This document shows, in pieces, positions 1 through 16,800 of a DNA stretch of 64,000 bases. Under the pieces are notes generated by a model. That model was not told the origin of the DNA, ran no database searches, and saw only the letters and a program-made list of their open reading frames with translations. Each line of letters starts with the position of its first letter. Position 1 is the first letter of the stretch. The DNA comes from the human T2T-CHM13v2.0 reference genome, Homo sapiens: the NCBI RefSeq assembly GCF_009914755.1, contig NC_060937.1; one strand, given 5' to 3'. A program made the position numbers and the translations under genes.

Positions 1-1620
1 TGTAGAGTATAAAATATATATTTGTGGTACATTGATATTATATGTACAGTATATAATCTATATTTGATGTACTTTCATATTTTATGTACCTAATATATAT
101 TTGACGTAATTTCATATTTTATGTACAGTATATAATTTATAGTTTGTGTACTTTGCTATTTTATGTACACTATAGAATATATATCTGGTGTACCTTGATA
201 TTTTATGTACAGAATAAAATATATATTTGATGTACTTTCATATTTTATGTACAGTATATAATACATGCTTTGGGTACTTTGATATTTTTTGTACAGTATA
301 GAATATATACCTTGGGTACTTTGATATTTTATGTACAGTATATAATATATAGTTTGTGAACTTTGTTATTTCATGTACAGTATATAATATATATTTGGGG
401 TACTTTGATATTTTATGTACAGTATATAATCTATATTTGATGTACTTTCATATTTTATGTACCTAATATATATTTGATGTAATTTCATATTTTATGTACA
501 GTATATAATGTATAGTTTGGGTACTTTGATATTTTATGTACACTATAGAATATATATCTGGTGTACTTTGATATTTTATGTACAGAAGAAAATATATATT
601 TGATGTAATTTAAAATTTTAGGTACAGTATATAATACATGCTTTTGGTACTTGTTATTTTTTGTACAGTATAGAATATATACCTCGGGTACTTTGATATT
701 ACATGTACAGTATATAATATATAGTTTGTGAACTTTGATATTTCATGTACAGTATAAAATATATATTTGGGGTACTTTGCTATTTAATGAACAGTATATA
801 ATCTATATTTGATGTACTTTCATATTTTAAGTACCTAATATAATATATATCTTATGTAATTTCATCTTTTATGTAGAGTATATAATGTATAGTTTGGGTA
901 CTTTGATATTTTATGTACACTATAGAATATATATCTGGTGTACTTTGATATTTTATGTACAGAATAAAATCTATATTTGATGTACTTTCATATTTTATGT
1001 ACAGTATATAATACATGCTTTTGGTACTTTGTTATTTTTTGTATAGTATAGAATATATACCTCGGGTACTTTGATATTACATGTACAGTATATAATATAT
1101 AGTTTGTGAACTTTGATATTTCATGTACAGTATAAAATATATATTTGAGGTACTTTGGTATTTAATTTACAGTATATAATCTATATTTGATGTACTTTCA
1201 TATCTTATGTACCTAATATAATATATATTTTATGTAATTTCATATTTTATGTACAGTATATAACGTATAGTTTGGGTACTTTGATATTTTATGTACACTA
1301 TAGAATATATATCTGGTGTACTTTGATATTTTATGTACAGAATAAAATATATATTTGATGTAATTTCATATTTTATGTACAGTATATAATACATACTTTG
1401 GGTACTTTGATATTTTTTGTATAGTATAGAATATATACTTTGGGTACTTTGATATTTTATATATAGTATATAATATATGGTTTGTGAAATTTGATATTTC
1501 ATTTAGAGTATAAAATATATATTTGGGGTACATTGATATTTTATGTACAGTATATAATCTATATTTGATGTACTTTCATATTTTATGTACTTAATATATA
1601 TTTGATGTAATTTCATATTT
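1..1620 (-). repeat. 9-mer HOR domain with 373-bp (5-bp deletion) variant, left remnant
   Basis: cctaatatatatttg (lacking one TAATA) at ~88, ~462 and ~1590; gtagagtataaaat..ggtacattgatattatatg at 1-45 is also seen at 32190. Confidence 0.75.
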
Positions 1621-4600
1621 TATGTACAGTATATAATGTATAGTTTGGGTACTTTGATATTTTATGTACACTATAAAATATATATCTGGTGTACTTTGAT
1701 ATTTCATGTACAGTATATCATATATATTTGGGGTTCCTTTATATTTTATGTATGGTATATAATCTATATTTGATGTACTTTCATATTTTACGTACCTAAT
1801 ATAATATATATTTGATATAATTCCATATTTTATGTACAGTATGTAATGTATAGTTTGGGTACTTTGATATTTTATGTACACTATAAAATATATATCTGGT
1901 GTACTTTGTTATTTTATGTACAGAATAAAATATATATTTGATGTACTTTCATATTTTATGTACAGTATATAATACATGCTTTGGGTACTTTCATATTTTT
2001 TGTACAGTATAGAATATATACCTTGGGTACTTTGATATTTTATGTACAGTATATAATATATACTTTGTGTATTTTGATATTTCATGTACAGTATATAATA
2101 TATAGTTGGGGTACTTTGATATTTTATGTACAGTATATAATCTATACTAGAAGTACTTTCATATTTTATGTACCTAATATAATATATATTTGATGTAATT
2201 TCATATTTTATGTACAGTATATAATGTATAGTTTGGGTACTTTGATATTTTATGTACACTATAAAATATATATCTGGTGTACTTTGATATTTCATGTACA
2301 GAATAAAATATATATTTGATGTACTTTCATATTTTATGTACAGTATATAATACATGCTTTGGGTACTTTGATATTTTATGTACATTATATAATATATATT
2401 TTGTAAATTTTGATATTTCATGTACAATGTATAATATATATTTGGGCTACTTTGATATTTTATGTACATTAAATCATCTATATTTTATGTACTTTCATAT
2501 TTTATGTACCTAATATAATATATATTTGATGTGCTTTCATATTTTATGTACAGTATATAATACATGCTTTGGGTACTTTGATATTTTTTTTACAGTATAG
2601 AATATATACCTTGAATACTTTGATATTTTATGTACAGTATATAATATATAGTTTGTGTATTTTGATATTTCATGTACAGTATATAATATATAGTTGGGGT
2701 TCTTTTATATATTATGTACAGTATATAATCTATATTTGATGTACTTTCATATTTTATGTACCTAATATAATATATATTTGATGTAATTTCATATTTTATG
2801 TACAGTATATAATGTATAGTTTGGGTACCTTGATATTTTATGTACACTATAAAATATATATCTGGTGTACTTTGATATTTTATGTACAGAATAAAATATA
2901 TATTTGATGTACTTTCATCTTTTATGTACAGTATATAATACTTGCTTTGGGTACTTTGATATTTTATGTACATTATATAATATATATTTTGTAAATTTTG
3001 ATATTTCATGTACACTGTATAATATATATTTGGGCTCCTTTGATATTTTATGTACAGTATATCATCTATATTTTATGTACTTTCATATTTTATGTACCTA
3101 ATATAATATAAATTTGATGTGCTTTCATATTTTATGTACAGTATATAATACATGCTTTGGGTACTTTGATTTTTTTTTACAGTATAGAATATATACCTTG
3201 GGTACTTTGATATATTATCTACAGTATATAATATATAGTTTGTGAACTTTGATATTTCATGTACAGTATATCATATATATTTGGGGTTCCTTTATATTTT
3301 ATGTATGGTATATAATCTATATTTGATGTACTTTCATATTTTACGTACCTAATATAATATATATTTGATGTAATTCCATATTTTATGTACAGTATGTAAT
3401 GTATAGTTTGGGTACTTTGATATTTTATGTACACTATAAAATATATATCTGGTGTACTTTGTTATTTTATGTACAGAATAAAATATATATTTGATGTACT
3501 TTCATATTTTACGTACAGTATATAATACATGCTTTGGGTACTTTGATATTTTTTGTACAGTATAGAATATATACCTTGGGTACTTTGATATTTTATGTAC
3601 AGTATATAATATATAGTTTGTGTATTTTGATATTTCATGTACAGTATATAATATATAGTTGTGGTTCTTTTATACATTATGTACAGTATATAATGTATAT
3701 TTGATGTTCTTTCATATTTTACGTACCTAATATAATATATATTTGATGTAATTTCATATTTTATGTACAGTATATAATGTATAGTTTGGGTACCTTGATA
3801 TTTTATGTACACTATAAAATATATATCTGGTGTACTTTGATATTTTATGTACAGAATAAAATATATATTTGATGTACTTTCATATTTTATGTACAGTATA
3901 TAATACTTGCTTTGGGTACTTTGATATTTTATGTACATTATATAATATATATTTTGTAAATTTTGATATTTCATGTACACTGTATAATATATATTTGGGC
4001 TAGTTTGATATTTTATGTACAGTATATCATCTATATTTTATGTACCTTCATATTTTATGTACCTAATATAATATATATTTGATGTGCTTTCATATTTTAT
4101 GTACAGTATATAATACATGCTTTGGGTACTTTGATATTTTTTTTACAGTATAGAATATATACCTTGGGTACTTTGATATTTTATCTACCGTATATAATAT
4201 ATAGTTTGTGAACTTTGATATTTCATGTACAGTATATCATATATATTTGGGGTTCCTTTATATTTTATGTATGGTATATAATCTATATTTGATGTACTTT
4301 CATCTTTTACGTACCTAATATAATATATATTTGACGTAATTCCATATTTTATGTACAGTATGTAATGTATAGTTTGGGTACTTTGATATTTTATGTACAC
4401 TATACAATATATATCTGGTGTACTTTGTTATTTTACGTACAGAATAAAATATATATTTGATGTACTTTCATATTTTATGTACAGTATATAATACATGCTT
4501 TGGGTACTTTGATATTTTTTGTACAGTATAGAATATATACCTTGGGTAATTTGATATTTTATGTACAGTATATAATATATAGTTTGTGTATTTTGATATT

Positions 4601-7600
4601 TCATGTACAGTATATAATATATAGTTGGGGTTCTTTTATATATTATGTACAGTATATAATCTATATTTGATGTACTTTCATATTTTATGTACCTAATATA
4701 ATATATATTTGATGTAATTTCATATTTTATGTACAGTATATAATGTATAGTTTGGTTACATTGATATTTTATGTACATTATAAAATATATATCTGGTGTA
4801 CTTTGATATTTTATGTACAGAATAAAATATATATTTGATGTACTTTCATCTTTTATTACAGTATATAATACTTGCTTTGGGTACTTTGATATTTTATGTA
4901 CATTATATAATATATATTTTGTAAATTTTGATATTTCATGTACACTGTATAATATATATTTGGGCTACTTTGATATTTTATGTACAGTATATCATCTATA
5001 TTTTATGTACTTTCATATTTTATGTACCTAATATAATATATATTTGATGTGCTTTCATATTTTATGTACAGTATATAATACATGCTTTCGGTACTTTGAT
5101 ATTTTTTTTACAGTATAGAATATATACCTTGGGTACTTTGATATTTTATCTACAGTATATAATATATAGTTTGTGAACTTTGATATTTCATGTACAGTAT
5201 ATCATATATATTTGGGGTTCCTTTATATTTTATGTATGGTATATAATCTATATTTGATGTATTTCATATTTTACGTACCTAATATAATATATATTTGATG
5301 TAATTTCATATTTTATGTACAGTATATAATGTATAGTTTGGGTAACTTGATATTTTATGTACACTATAAAATATATATCTGGTGTACTTTGATATTTTAT
5401 GTACAGAATAAAATATATATTTGATGTACTTTCATCTTTTATGTACAGTATATAATACTTGCTTTGGGTACTTTGATATTTTATGTATATTATATAATAT
5501 ATATTTTGTAAATTTTGATATTTCATGTACACTGTATAATATATATTTGGGCTACTTTGATATTTTATGTACAGTATATCATCTATATTTTATGTACTTT
5601 CATATTTTATGTAACTAATATAATATATATTTGATGTGCTTTCATATTTTATGTACAGTATATACTACATGCTTTGGGTACTTTGATATTTTTTTTACAG
5701 TATAGAATATATACCTTGGGTACTTTGATATTTTATCTACAGTATATAATATATAGTTTGTGAACTTTGATATTTCATGTACAGTATATCATATATATTT
5801 GGGGTTCCTTTATATTTTATGTATGGTATATAATCTATATTTGATGTACTTTCATATTTTATGTACAGTATATAATACATGCTTTGGGTACTTTGATATT
5901 TTTTGTACAGTATAGAATATATACCTTGGGTATTTTGATATTTTATATACAGTATATAATATATAGTTTGTGTATTTTGATATTTCATTTACAGTATATA
6001 ATATATAGTTGGGGTTCTTTTATATACTATGTACAGTATATAATCTATATTTGATGTACTTTCATATTTTACGTACCTAATATAATATATATTTTATGTA
6101 ATTTCATATTTTATGTACAGTATATAATGTATAGTTTGGGTACCTTTATATTTTATGTACAGTATAAAATATATATCTGGTGTACTTTGATATTTTATGT
6201 ACAGAATAAAATATATATTTGATGTACTTTCATCTTTTATGTACAGTATATAATACTTGGTTTGGGTACTTTGATATTTTATGTACATTATATAATATAT
6301 ATTTTGTAAATTTTGATATTTCATGTACACTGTATAATATATATTTGGGCTACTTTGATATTTTATGTACAGTATATCATCTATATTTTATGTACTTTCA
6401 CATTTTATGTACCTAATATAATATGTATTTGATGTAATTTCATATTTTATATACAGTATATAATACATGCTTTGGGTACTTTGATTTTTTTTTACAGTAT
6501 AGAATATATACCTTGGGTACTTTGATATTTTATCTACAGTATATAATATATAGTTTGTGAACTTTGATATTTCATGTACAGTATATCATATATATTTGGG
6601 GTTCCTTTATATTTTATGTATGGTATATAATCTATATTTGATGTACTTTCATATTTTACGTACCTAATATAATATATATTTGATGTAATTCCATATTTCA
6701 TGTACAGTATGTAATGTATAGTTTGGGTACTTTGATATTTTATGTACACTATAAAATATATATCTGGTGTACTTTGTTATTTTATGTACAGAATAAAATA
6801 TATATTTGATGTACTTTCATATTTTATGTACAGTATATAATACATGCTTTGGGTACTTTGATATTTTTTGTACAGTATAGAATATATACCTTGGGTACTT
6901 TGATATTTTATGTACAGTATATAATTTATAGTTTGTGTATTTTGATATTTCATGTACAGTATATAATATATAGTTGGGGTTCTTTTATATATTATGTACA
7001 GTATATAATCTATATTTGATGTACTTTCATATTTTACGTACCTAATATAATATATATTTGATGTAATTTCATATTTTATGTACAGTATATAATGTATAGT
7101 TTGGGTAACTTGATATTTTATGTACACTATAAAATATATATCTGGTGTACTTTGATATTTTATGTACAGAATAAAATATATATTTCATGTACTTTCATCT
7201 TTTATGTACAGTATATAATACTTGCTTTGGGTACTTTGATATTTTATGTACATTATATAATATATATTTTGTAAATTTTGATATTTCATGTACACTGTAT
7301 AATATATATTTGGGCTACTTTGATATTTTATGTACAGTATATCATCTATATTTTATGTACTTTCATATTTTATGTACCTAATATAATATATATTTGATGT
7401 GCTTTCATATTTTATGTACAGTATATAATACATGCTTTGGGTACTTTGATATTTTTTTTACAGTATAGAATATATACCTTGGGTACTTTGATATTTTATC
7501 TACAGTATATAATATATAGTTTGTGAACTTTGATATTTCATGTACAGTATATCATATATATTTGGGGTTCCTTTATATTTTATGTATGGTATATAATCTA

Positions 7601-10600
7601 TATTTGATGTACTTTCATATTTTACGTACCTAATATAATATATATTTGATGTAATTCCATATTTTATGTAAAGTATGTAATGTATAGTTTGGGTAATTTC
7701 ATATTTTATGTACACTATAAAATATATATCTGGTGTACTTTGTTATTTTATGTACAGAATAAAATATATATTTGATGTACTTTCATATTTTATGTACAGT
7801 ATATAATACACGCTTTGTGTACTTTGATATTTTTTTTACAGTATAGAATATATACCTTGGGTACTTTGATATTTTATCTACAGTATATAATATATAGTTT
7901 GTGAACTTTGATATTTCATGTACAGTATATCATCTATATTTTATGTACTTTCATATTTTATGTACCTAATATAATATATATTTGATGTAATTTCATATTG
8001 TATGTACAGTATATAATACATGCTTTGGGTACTTTGATATTTTTTTTACAGTATAGAATATATACCTAGGGTACTTTGATATTTTATCTACAGTATATAA
8101 TATATAGTTTGTGAACTTTGATATTTCATGTACAGTATATCATATATATTTGGGGTTCCTTTATATTTTATGTATGGTATATAATCTATATTTGATGTAC
8201 TTTCATATTTTACGTACCTAATATAATATATATTTGATGTAATTCCATATTTTATGTACAGTATGTAATGTATAGTTTGGGTAATTTCATATTTTATCTA
8301 CACTATAAAATATATATCTGGTGTACTTTGTTATTTTATGTACAGAATAAAATATATATTTGATGTACTTTCATATTTTATGTACAGTATATAATACATG
8401 CTTTGGGTACTTTGATATTTTTTTTACAGTATAGAATATATAACTTGGGTACTTTGATATTTTATCTACAGTATATAATATATAGTTTGTGAACTTTGAT
8501 ATTTCATGTACAATATATCATCTATATTTTATGTACTTTCATATTTTATTTACCTAATATAATATATATTTGATGTAATTTCATATTTTATGTACAGTAT
8601 ATAATACATGCTTTGGGTACTTTGATATTTTTTTTACAGTATAGAATATATACCTTGGATACTTTGATATTTTATCTACAGTATATAATATATAGTTTGT
8701 GAACTTTGATATTTCATGTACAGTATATCATATATATTTGGGGTTCCTTTATATTTTATGTATGGTATATAATCTATATTTGATGTACTTTCATCTTTTA
8801 CGTAACTAATATAATATATATTTGATGTAATTCCATATTTTATGTACAGTATGTAATGTATAGTTTGGGTACTTTGATATTTTATGTACACTATAAAATA
8901 TATATCTGGTGTACTTTGTTATTTTATGTATAGAATAAAATATATATTTGATGTACTTTCATCTTTTATGTACAGTATATAATACATGCTTTGGGTACTT
9001 TGATATTTTTTGTACAGTATAGAATATGTACCTTGGGTACTTTGATACTTTATGTACAGTATATAATATATAGTTTGTGTATTTTGATATTTCATGTACA
9101 GTATATAATATATAGTTGGGGTTCTTTTATGCATTATGTACAGTATATAATCTATATTTGATGTACTTTCATATTTTACGTACCTAATATAATATATATT
9201 TGATGTAATTTCATATTTTATGTACAGTATATAATGTATAGTTTGGGTACCTTGATATTTTATGTACACTATAAAATATATATCTGGTGTACTTTGATAT
9301 TTTATGTACAGAATAAAATATATATTTGATGTACTTTCATCTTTTATGTACAGTATATAATACTTGCTTTGGGTACTTTGATATTTTATGTACATTATAT
9401 AATATATATTTTGTAAATTTTGATATTTCATGTACACTGTATAATATATATTTGGGCTACTTTGATATTTTATGTACAGTATATCATCTATATTTTATGT
9501 ACTTTCATATTTTATGTACCTAATATAATATATATTTGATGTGCTTTCATATTTTATGTACAGTATATAATACATGCTTTGGGTACTTTGATATTTTTTT
9601 TTCAGTATAGAATATATACCTTGGGTACTTTGATATTTTATCTACAGTATATAATATATAGTTTGTGAACTTTGATATTTCATGTACAGTATATCATATA
9701 TATTTGGGGTTCCTTTATATTTTATGTATGGTATATAATCTATATTTGATGTACTTTCATATTTTACGTACCTAATATAATATATATTTGATGTAATTCC
9801 ATATTTTATGTAGAGTATGTAATTTATAGTTTGGGTAATTTCATATTTTATGTACACTATAAAATATATATCTGGTGTACTTTGTTATTTTATGTACAGA
9901 ATAAAATATATATTTGATGTACCTTCATATTTTATGTACAGTATATAATACACGCTTTGGGTACTTTGATATTTTATGTACTTTATATAATATATATTTT
10001 GTAAATTTTGATATTTCATGTACACTGTATAATATATATTTGGGCTACTTTGATATTTCATGTACAGTATATCATCTATATTTTATGTACTTTCATATTT
10101 AGGTACCTAATATAATATATATTTGATGTAATTTCATATTGTATGTACAGTATATAATACATGCTTTGGGTACTTTGATATTTTTTTTACAGTATAGAAT
10201 ATATACCTTGGGTACTTTGATATTTTATCTACAGTATATAATATATAGTTTGTGAACTTTGATATTTCATGTACAGTATATCATATATATTTGGGGTTCC
10301 TTTATATTTTATGTATGGTATATAATCTATATTTGATGTACTTTCATATTTTACGTACCTAATATAATATATATTTGATGTAATTCCATATTTTATGTAC
10401 AGTATATAATGTATAGTTTGGGTAATTTCATATTTTATGTACACTATAAAATATATATCTGGTGTACTTTGTTATTTTATGTACAGAATAAAATATATAT
10501 TTGATGTACTTTCATATTTTATGTACAGTATATAATACATGCTTTGGGTACTTTGATATTTTTTTTACAGTATAGAATATATACCTTGGGTACTTTGATA

Positions 10601-10814
10601 TTTTATCTACAGTATATAATATATAGTTTGTGAACTTTGATATTTCATGTACAGTATATCATCTATATTTTATGTACTTTCATATTTTATTAACCTAATA
10701 TAATATATATTTGATGTAATTTCATATTTTATGTACAGTATATAATACATGCTTTGGGTACTTTGATATTTTTTTTACAGTATAGAATATATACCTTGGG
10801 TACTCTGATATTTT

Positions 10815-13800
10815 ATCTACAGTATATAATATATAGTTTGTGAACTTTGATATTTCATGTACAGTATATCATATATATTTGGGGTTCCTTTATATTTTAT
10901 GTATGGTATATAATCTATATTTGATGTACTTTCATATTTTACGTACCTAATATAATATATATTTGATGTAATTCCATATTTTATGTACAGTATGTAATGT
11001 ATAGTTTGGGTACTTTGATATTTTATGTACACTATAAAATATATATCTGGTGTACTTTGTTATTTTATGTACAGAATAAAATATATATTTGATGTACTTT
11101 CATCTTTTATGTACAGTATATAATACATGCTTTGGGTACTTTGATATTTTATGTACATTATATAATATATATTTTGTAAATTTTGATATTTCATGTACAC
11201 TGTATAATATATATTTGGGCTACTTTGATATTTTATGTACAGTATACCATCTATATTTTATGTACTTTCATATTTTATGTACCTAATATAATATATATTT
11301 GATGTAATTTCATATTTTATGTACAGTATATAATACATGCTTTGGGTACTTTGATATTTTTTTTACAGTATACAATATATACCTTGGGTACTTTGATATT
11401 TTATCTACAGTATATAATATATAGTTTGTGAACTTTGATATTTCATATACAGTATATCATATATATTTGGGGTTCCTTTATATTTTATGTATGGTATATA
11501 ATCTATAATTGATGTACTTTCATATTTTACGTACCTAATATAATATATATTTGATGTAATTCCATATTTTATGTACAGTATATAATGTATAGTTTGGGTA
11601 CCTTGATATTTTATGTACACTATAAAATATATATCTGGTGTACTTTGATATTTTATGTACAGAATAAAATATATATTTGATGTACTTTCATCTTTTATGT
11701 ACAGTATATAGTACTTGCTTTGGGTACTTTGATATTTTATGTACATTATATAATATATATTTTGTAAATTTTGATATTTCATGTACACTGTATAATATAT
11801 ATTTGGGCTACTTTGATATTTTATGTACAGTATATCATCTATATTTTATGTACTTTCATATTTTATGTACCTAATATAATATATATTTGATGTGCTTTCA
11901 TATTTTATATACAGTATATAATACATGCTTTGGGTACTTTGATATTTTTTTACAGTATAGAATATATACCTTGGGTACTTTGATATTTTATGTACAGTAT
12001 ATAATATATAGTTTGTGAACTTTGATATTTCATGTACAGTATATCATATATATTTGGGGTTCCTTTATATTTTATGTATGGTATATAATCTATATTTGAT
12101 GTACTTTCATATTTTACGTACCTAATATAATATATATTTGATGTAATTCCATATTTTATGTACAGTATGTAACGTATAGTTTGGGTACTTTGATATTTTA
12201 TGTACACTATAAAATATATATCTGGTGTACTTTGTTATTTTATGTACAGAATAAAATATATATTTGATGTACTTTCATATTTTATGTACAGTATATAATA
12301 CATGCTTTGGGTACTTTGATATTTTATGTACATTATATAATATATATTTTGTAAATTTTGATATTTCATGTACACAGTATAATATATATTTGGGCTACTT
12401 TGATATTTTATGTACAGTATATCATCTATATTTTATGTACTTTCATATTTTACGTACCTAATATAATATATATTTGATGTAATTTCATATTTTATGTACA
12501 GTATATAATACATGCTTTGGATACTTTTATACTTTTTTGTACAGTATAGAATATATACCTTGGGTACTTTGATATTTTATCTACAGTATATAATATATAG
12601 TTTGTGAACTTTGATATTTCATGTACAGTATATCATATATATTTGGGGTTCCTTTATATTTTATGTACGGTATATAATCTATATTTGATGTATTTCATAT
12701 TTTACGTACCTAATATAATATATATTTGATGTAATTCCATATTTTATGTACAGTATATAATGTATAGTTTGGGTACCTTGATATTTTATGTACACTATAA
12801 AATATATATCTGGTGTACTTTGATATTTTATGTACAGAATAAAATATATATTTGATGTACTTTCATCTTTTATGTACAGTATATAATACTTGCTTTGGGT
12901 ACTTTGATATTTTATGTACATTATATAATATATATTTTGTAAATTTTGATATTTCATGTACACTGTATAATATATATTTGGGCTACTTTGATATTTTATG
13001 TACAGTATATCATCTATATTTTATGTACTTTCATATTTTATGTACCTAATATAATATATATTTGATGTGCTTTCATATTTTATGTACAGTATATAATACA
13101 TGCTTTGGGTACTTTGATATTTTTTGTACATTATAGAATATGTACCTTGGGTACTTTGATATTTTATCTACAGTATATAATATATAGTTTGTGAACTTTG
13201 ATATTTCATGTACAGTATATCATATATATTTGGGGTTCCTTTATATTTTATGTATGGTATATAATCTATATTTGATGTACTTTCATCTTTTACGTACCTA
13301 ATATAATATATATTTGATGTAATTCCATATTTTATGTACAGTATATAATGTATAGTATGGGTACCTTGATATTTTATGTACACTATAAAATATATATCTG
13401 GTGTACTTTGATATTTTATGTACAGAATCAAATATATATTTGATGTACTTTCATCTTTTATGTACAGTATATAATACTTGCTTTGGGAACTTTGATATTT
13501 TATGTACATTATGTAATATATATTTTGTAAATTTTGATATTTCATGTACACTGTATAATATATATTTGGGCTACTTTGATATTTTATGTACAGTATATCA
13601 TCTATATTTTATGTACTTTCATATTTTATGTACCTAATATAATATATATTTGATGTGCTTTCACATTTTATGTACAGTATATAATACATGCTTTGGGTAC
13701 TTTGATATTTTTTTTACAGTATAGAATATATACCTTGGGTACTTTGATATTTTATCTACAGTATATAATATATAGTTTGTGAACTTTGATATTTCATGTA

Positions 13801-16800
13801 CAGTATATCATATATATTTGGGGTTCGTTTATATTTTATGTATGGTATATAATCTATATTTGATGTACTTTCATATTTTAAGTACCTAATATATTATATA
13901 TTTGATGTAATTCCATATTTTATGTACAGTATGTAATGTATAGTTTGGGTAATTTCATATTTTATGTACACTATAAAATATATATCTGGTTTACTTTGTT
14001 ATTTTATGTACAGAATAAAATATATATTTGATGTACTTTCATATTTTATGTACAGTATATAATACATGCTTTGGGTACTTTGATATTTTATGTACATTAT
14101 ATAATATGTATTTTGTAAATTTTGATATTTCATGTACACTGTATAATATATATTTGGGCTACTTTGATATTTTATGTACAGTATATCATCTATATTTTAT
14201 GTACTTTCATATTTTATGTACCTAATATAATATATATTTGATGTTCTTTCATATTTTATGTACAGTATATAATACATGCTTTGGGTACTTTGATATTTTT
14301 TTTACAGTATAGAATATATACCTTGGGTACTTTGATATTTTATCTACAGTATATAATATATAGTTTGTGAACTTTGATATTTCATGTACAGTATATCATA
14401 TATATTTGGGGTTCCTTTATATTTTATGTATGGTATATAATCTATATTTGATGTACTTTCATATTTTACGTACCTAATATAATATATATTTGATGCAATT
14501 TCATATTTTATGTACAGTATGTAACGTATAGTTTGGGTACTTTGATATTTTATGTACACTATAAAATATATATCTGGTGTACTTTGTTATTTTATGTACA
14601 GAATAAAATATATATTTGATGTACTTTCATATTTTATGTACAGTATATAATACATGCTTTGGGTACTTTGATATTTTATGTACATTATATAATATATATT
14701 TTGTAAATTTTGATATTTCATGTACACTGTATAATATATATTTGGGCTACTTTGATATTTTATGTACAGTATATCATCTATATTTTATGTACTTTCATAT
14801 TTTACGTACCTAATATAATATATATTTGATGTAATTTCATATTTTATGTACAGTATATAATACATGCTTTGGATACTTTGATACTTTTTTGTACAGTATA
14901 GAATATATACCTTGGGTACTTTGATATTTTATCTACAGTATATAATATATAGTTTGTGAACTTTGATATTTCATGTACAGTATATCATATATATTTGGGG
15001 TTCCTTTATATTTTATGTATGGTATATAATCTATATTTGATGTATTTCATATTTTACGTACCTAATATAATATATATTTGATGTAATTCCATATTTTATG
15101 TACAGTATATAATGTATAGTTTGGGTACCTTGATATTTTATGTACACTACAAAATATATATCTGGTGTACTTTGATGTTTTATGTACAGAATAAAATATA
15201 TATTTGATGTACTTTCATCTTTTATGTACAGTATATAATACTTGCTTTGGGTACTTTGATATTTTATGTACATTATATAATATATATTTTGTAAATTTTG
15301 ATATTTCATGTACACTGTATAATATATATTTGGGCTACTTTGATATTTTATGTACAGTATATCATCTATATTTTATGTACTTTCATATTTTATGTACCTA
15401 ATATAATATATATTTGATGTGCTTTCATATTTTATGTACAGTATATAATACATGCTTTGGGTACTTTGATATTTTTTGTACAGTATAGAATATATACCTT
15501 GGGTACTTTGATATTTTATCTACAGTATATAATATATAGTTTGTGAACTTTGATATTTCATGTACAGTATATCATATATATTTGGGGTTCCTTTATATTT
15601 TATGTATGGTATATAATCTATATTTGATGTACTTTCATCTTTTACGTACCTAATATAATATATATTTGATGTAATTCCATATTTTATGTACAGTATATAA
15701 TGTATAGTATGGGTACCTTGATATTTTATGTACACTATAAAATATATATCTGGTGTACTTTCATATTTTATGTACAGAATAAAATATATATTTGATGTAC
15801 TTTCATCTTTTATGTACAGTATATAATACTTGCTTTGGGTACTTTGATATTTTATGTACATTATGTAATATATATTTTGTAAATTTTGATATTTCATGTA
15901 CACTGTATAATATATATTTGGGCTACTTTGATATTTTATGTACAGTATATCATCTATATTTTATGTACTTTCATATTTTATGTACCTAATATAATATATA
16001 TTTGATGTGCTTTCATATTTTATGTACAGTATATAATACATGCTTTGGGTACTTTGATATTTTTTTTACAGTATAGAATATATACCTTGGGTACTTTGAT
16101 ATTTTATCTACAGTATATAATATATAGTTTGTGAACTTTGATATTTCATGTACAGTATATCATATATATTTGGGGTTCCTTTATATTTTATGTATGGTAT
16201 ATAATCTATATTTGATGTACTTTCATATTTTAAGTACCTAATATAATATATATTTGATGTAATTCCATATTTTATGTACAGTATGTAATGTAGAGTTTGG
16301 GTAATTTCATATTTTATGTACACTATAAAATATATATCTGGTTTACTTTGTTATTTTATGTACAGAATAAAATATATATTTGATGTACTTTCATATTTTA
16401 TGTACAGTATATAATACATGCTTTGTGTACTTTGATATTTTATGTACATTATATAATATGTATTTTGTAAATTTTGATATTTCATGTACACTGTATAATA
16501 TATATTTGGGCTACTTTGATATTTTATGTACAGTATACCATCTATATTTTATGTACTTTCATATTTTACGTACCTAATATAATATATATTTGATGTAATT
16601 TCATATTTTATGTACAGTATATAATACATGCTTTGGGTACTTTAATATTTTTTTTACAGTATATAATATATACCTTGGGTACTTTGATATTTTATCTACA
16701 GTATATAATATATCGTTTGTGAACTTTGATATTTCATGTACAGTATATCATATATATTTGGGGTTCCTTTATATTTTATGTATGGTATATAATCTATATT

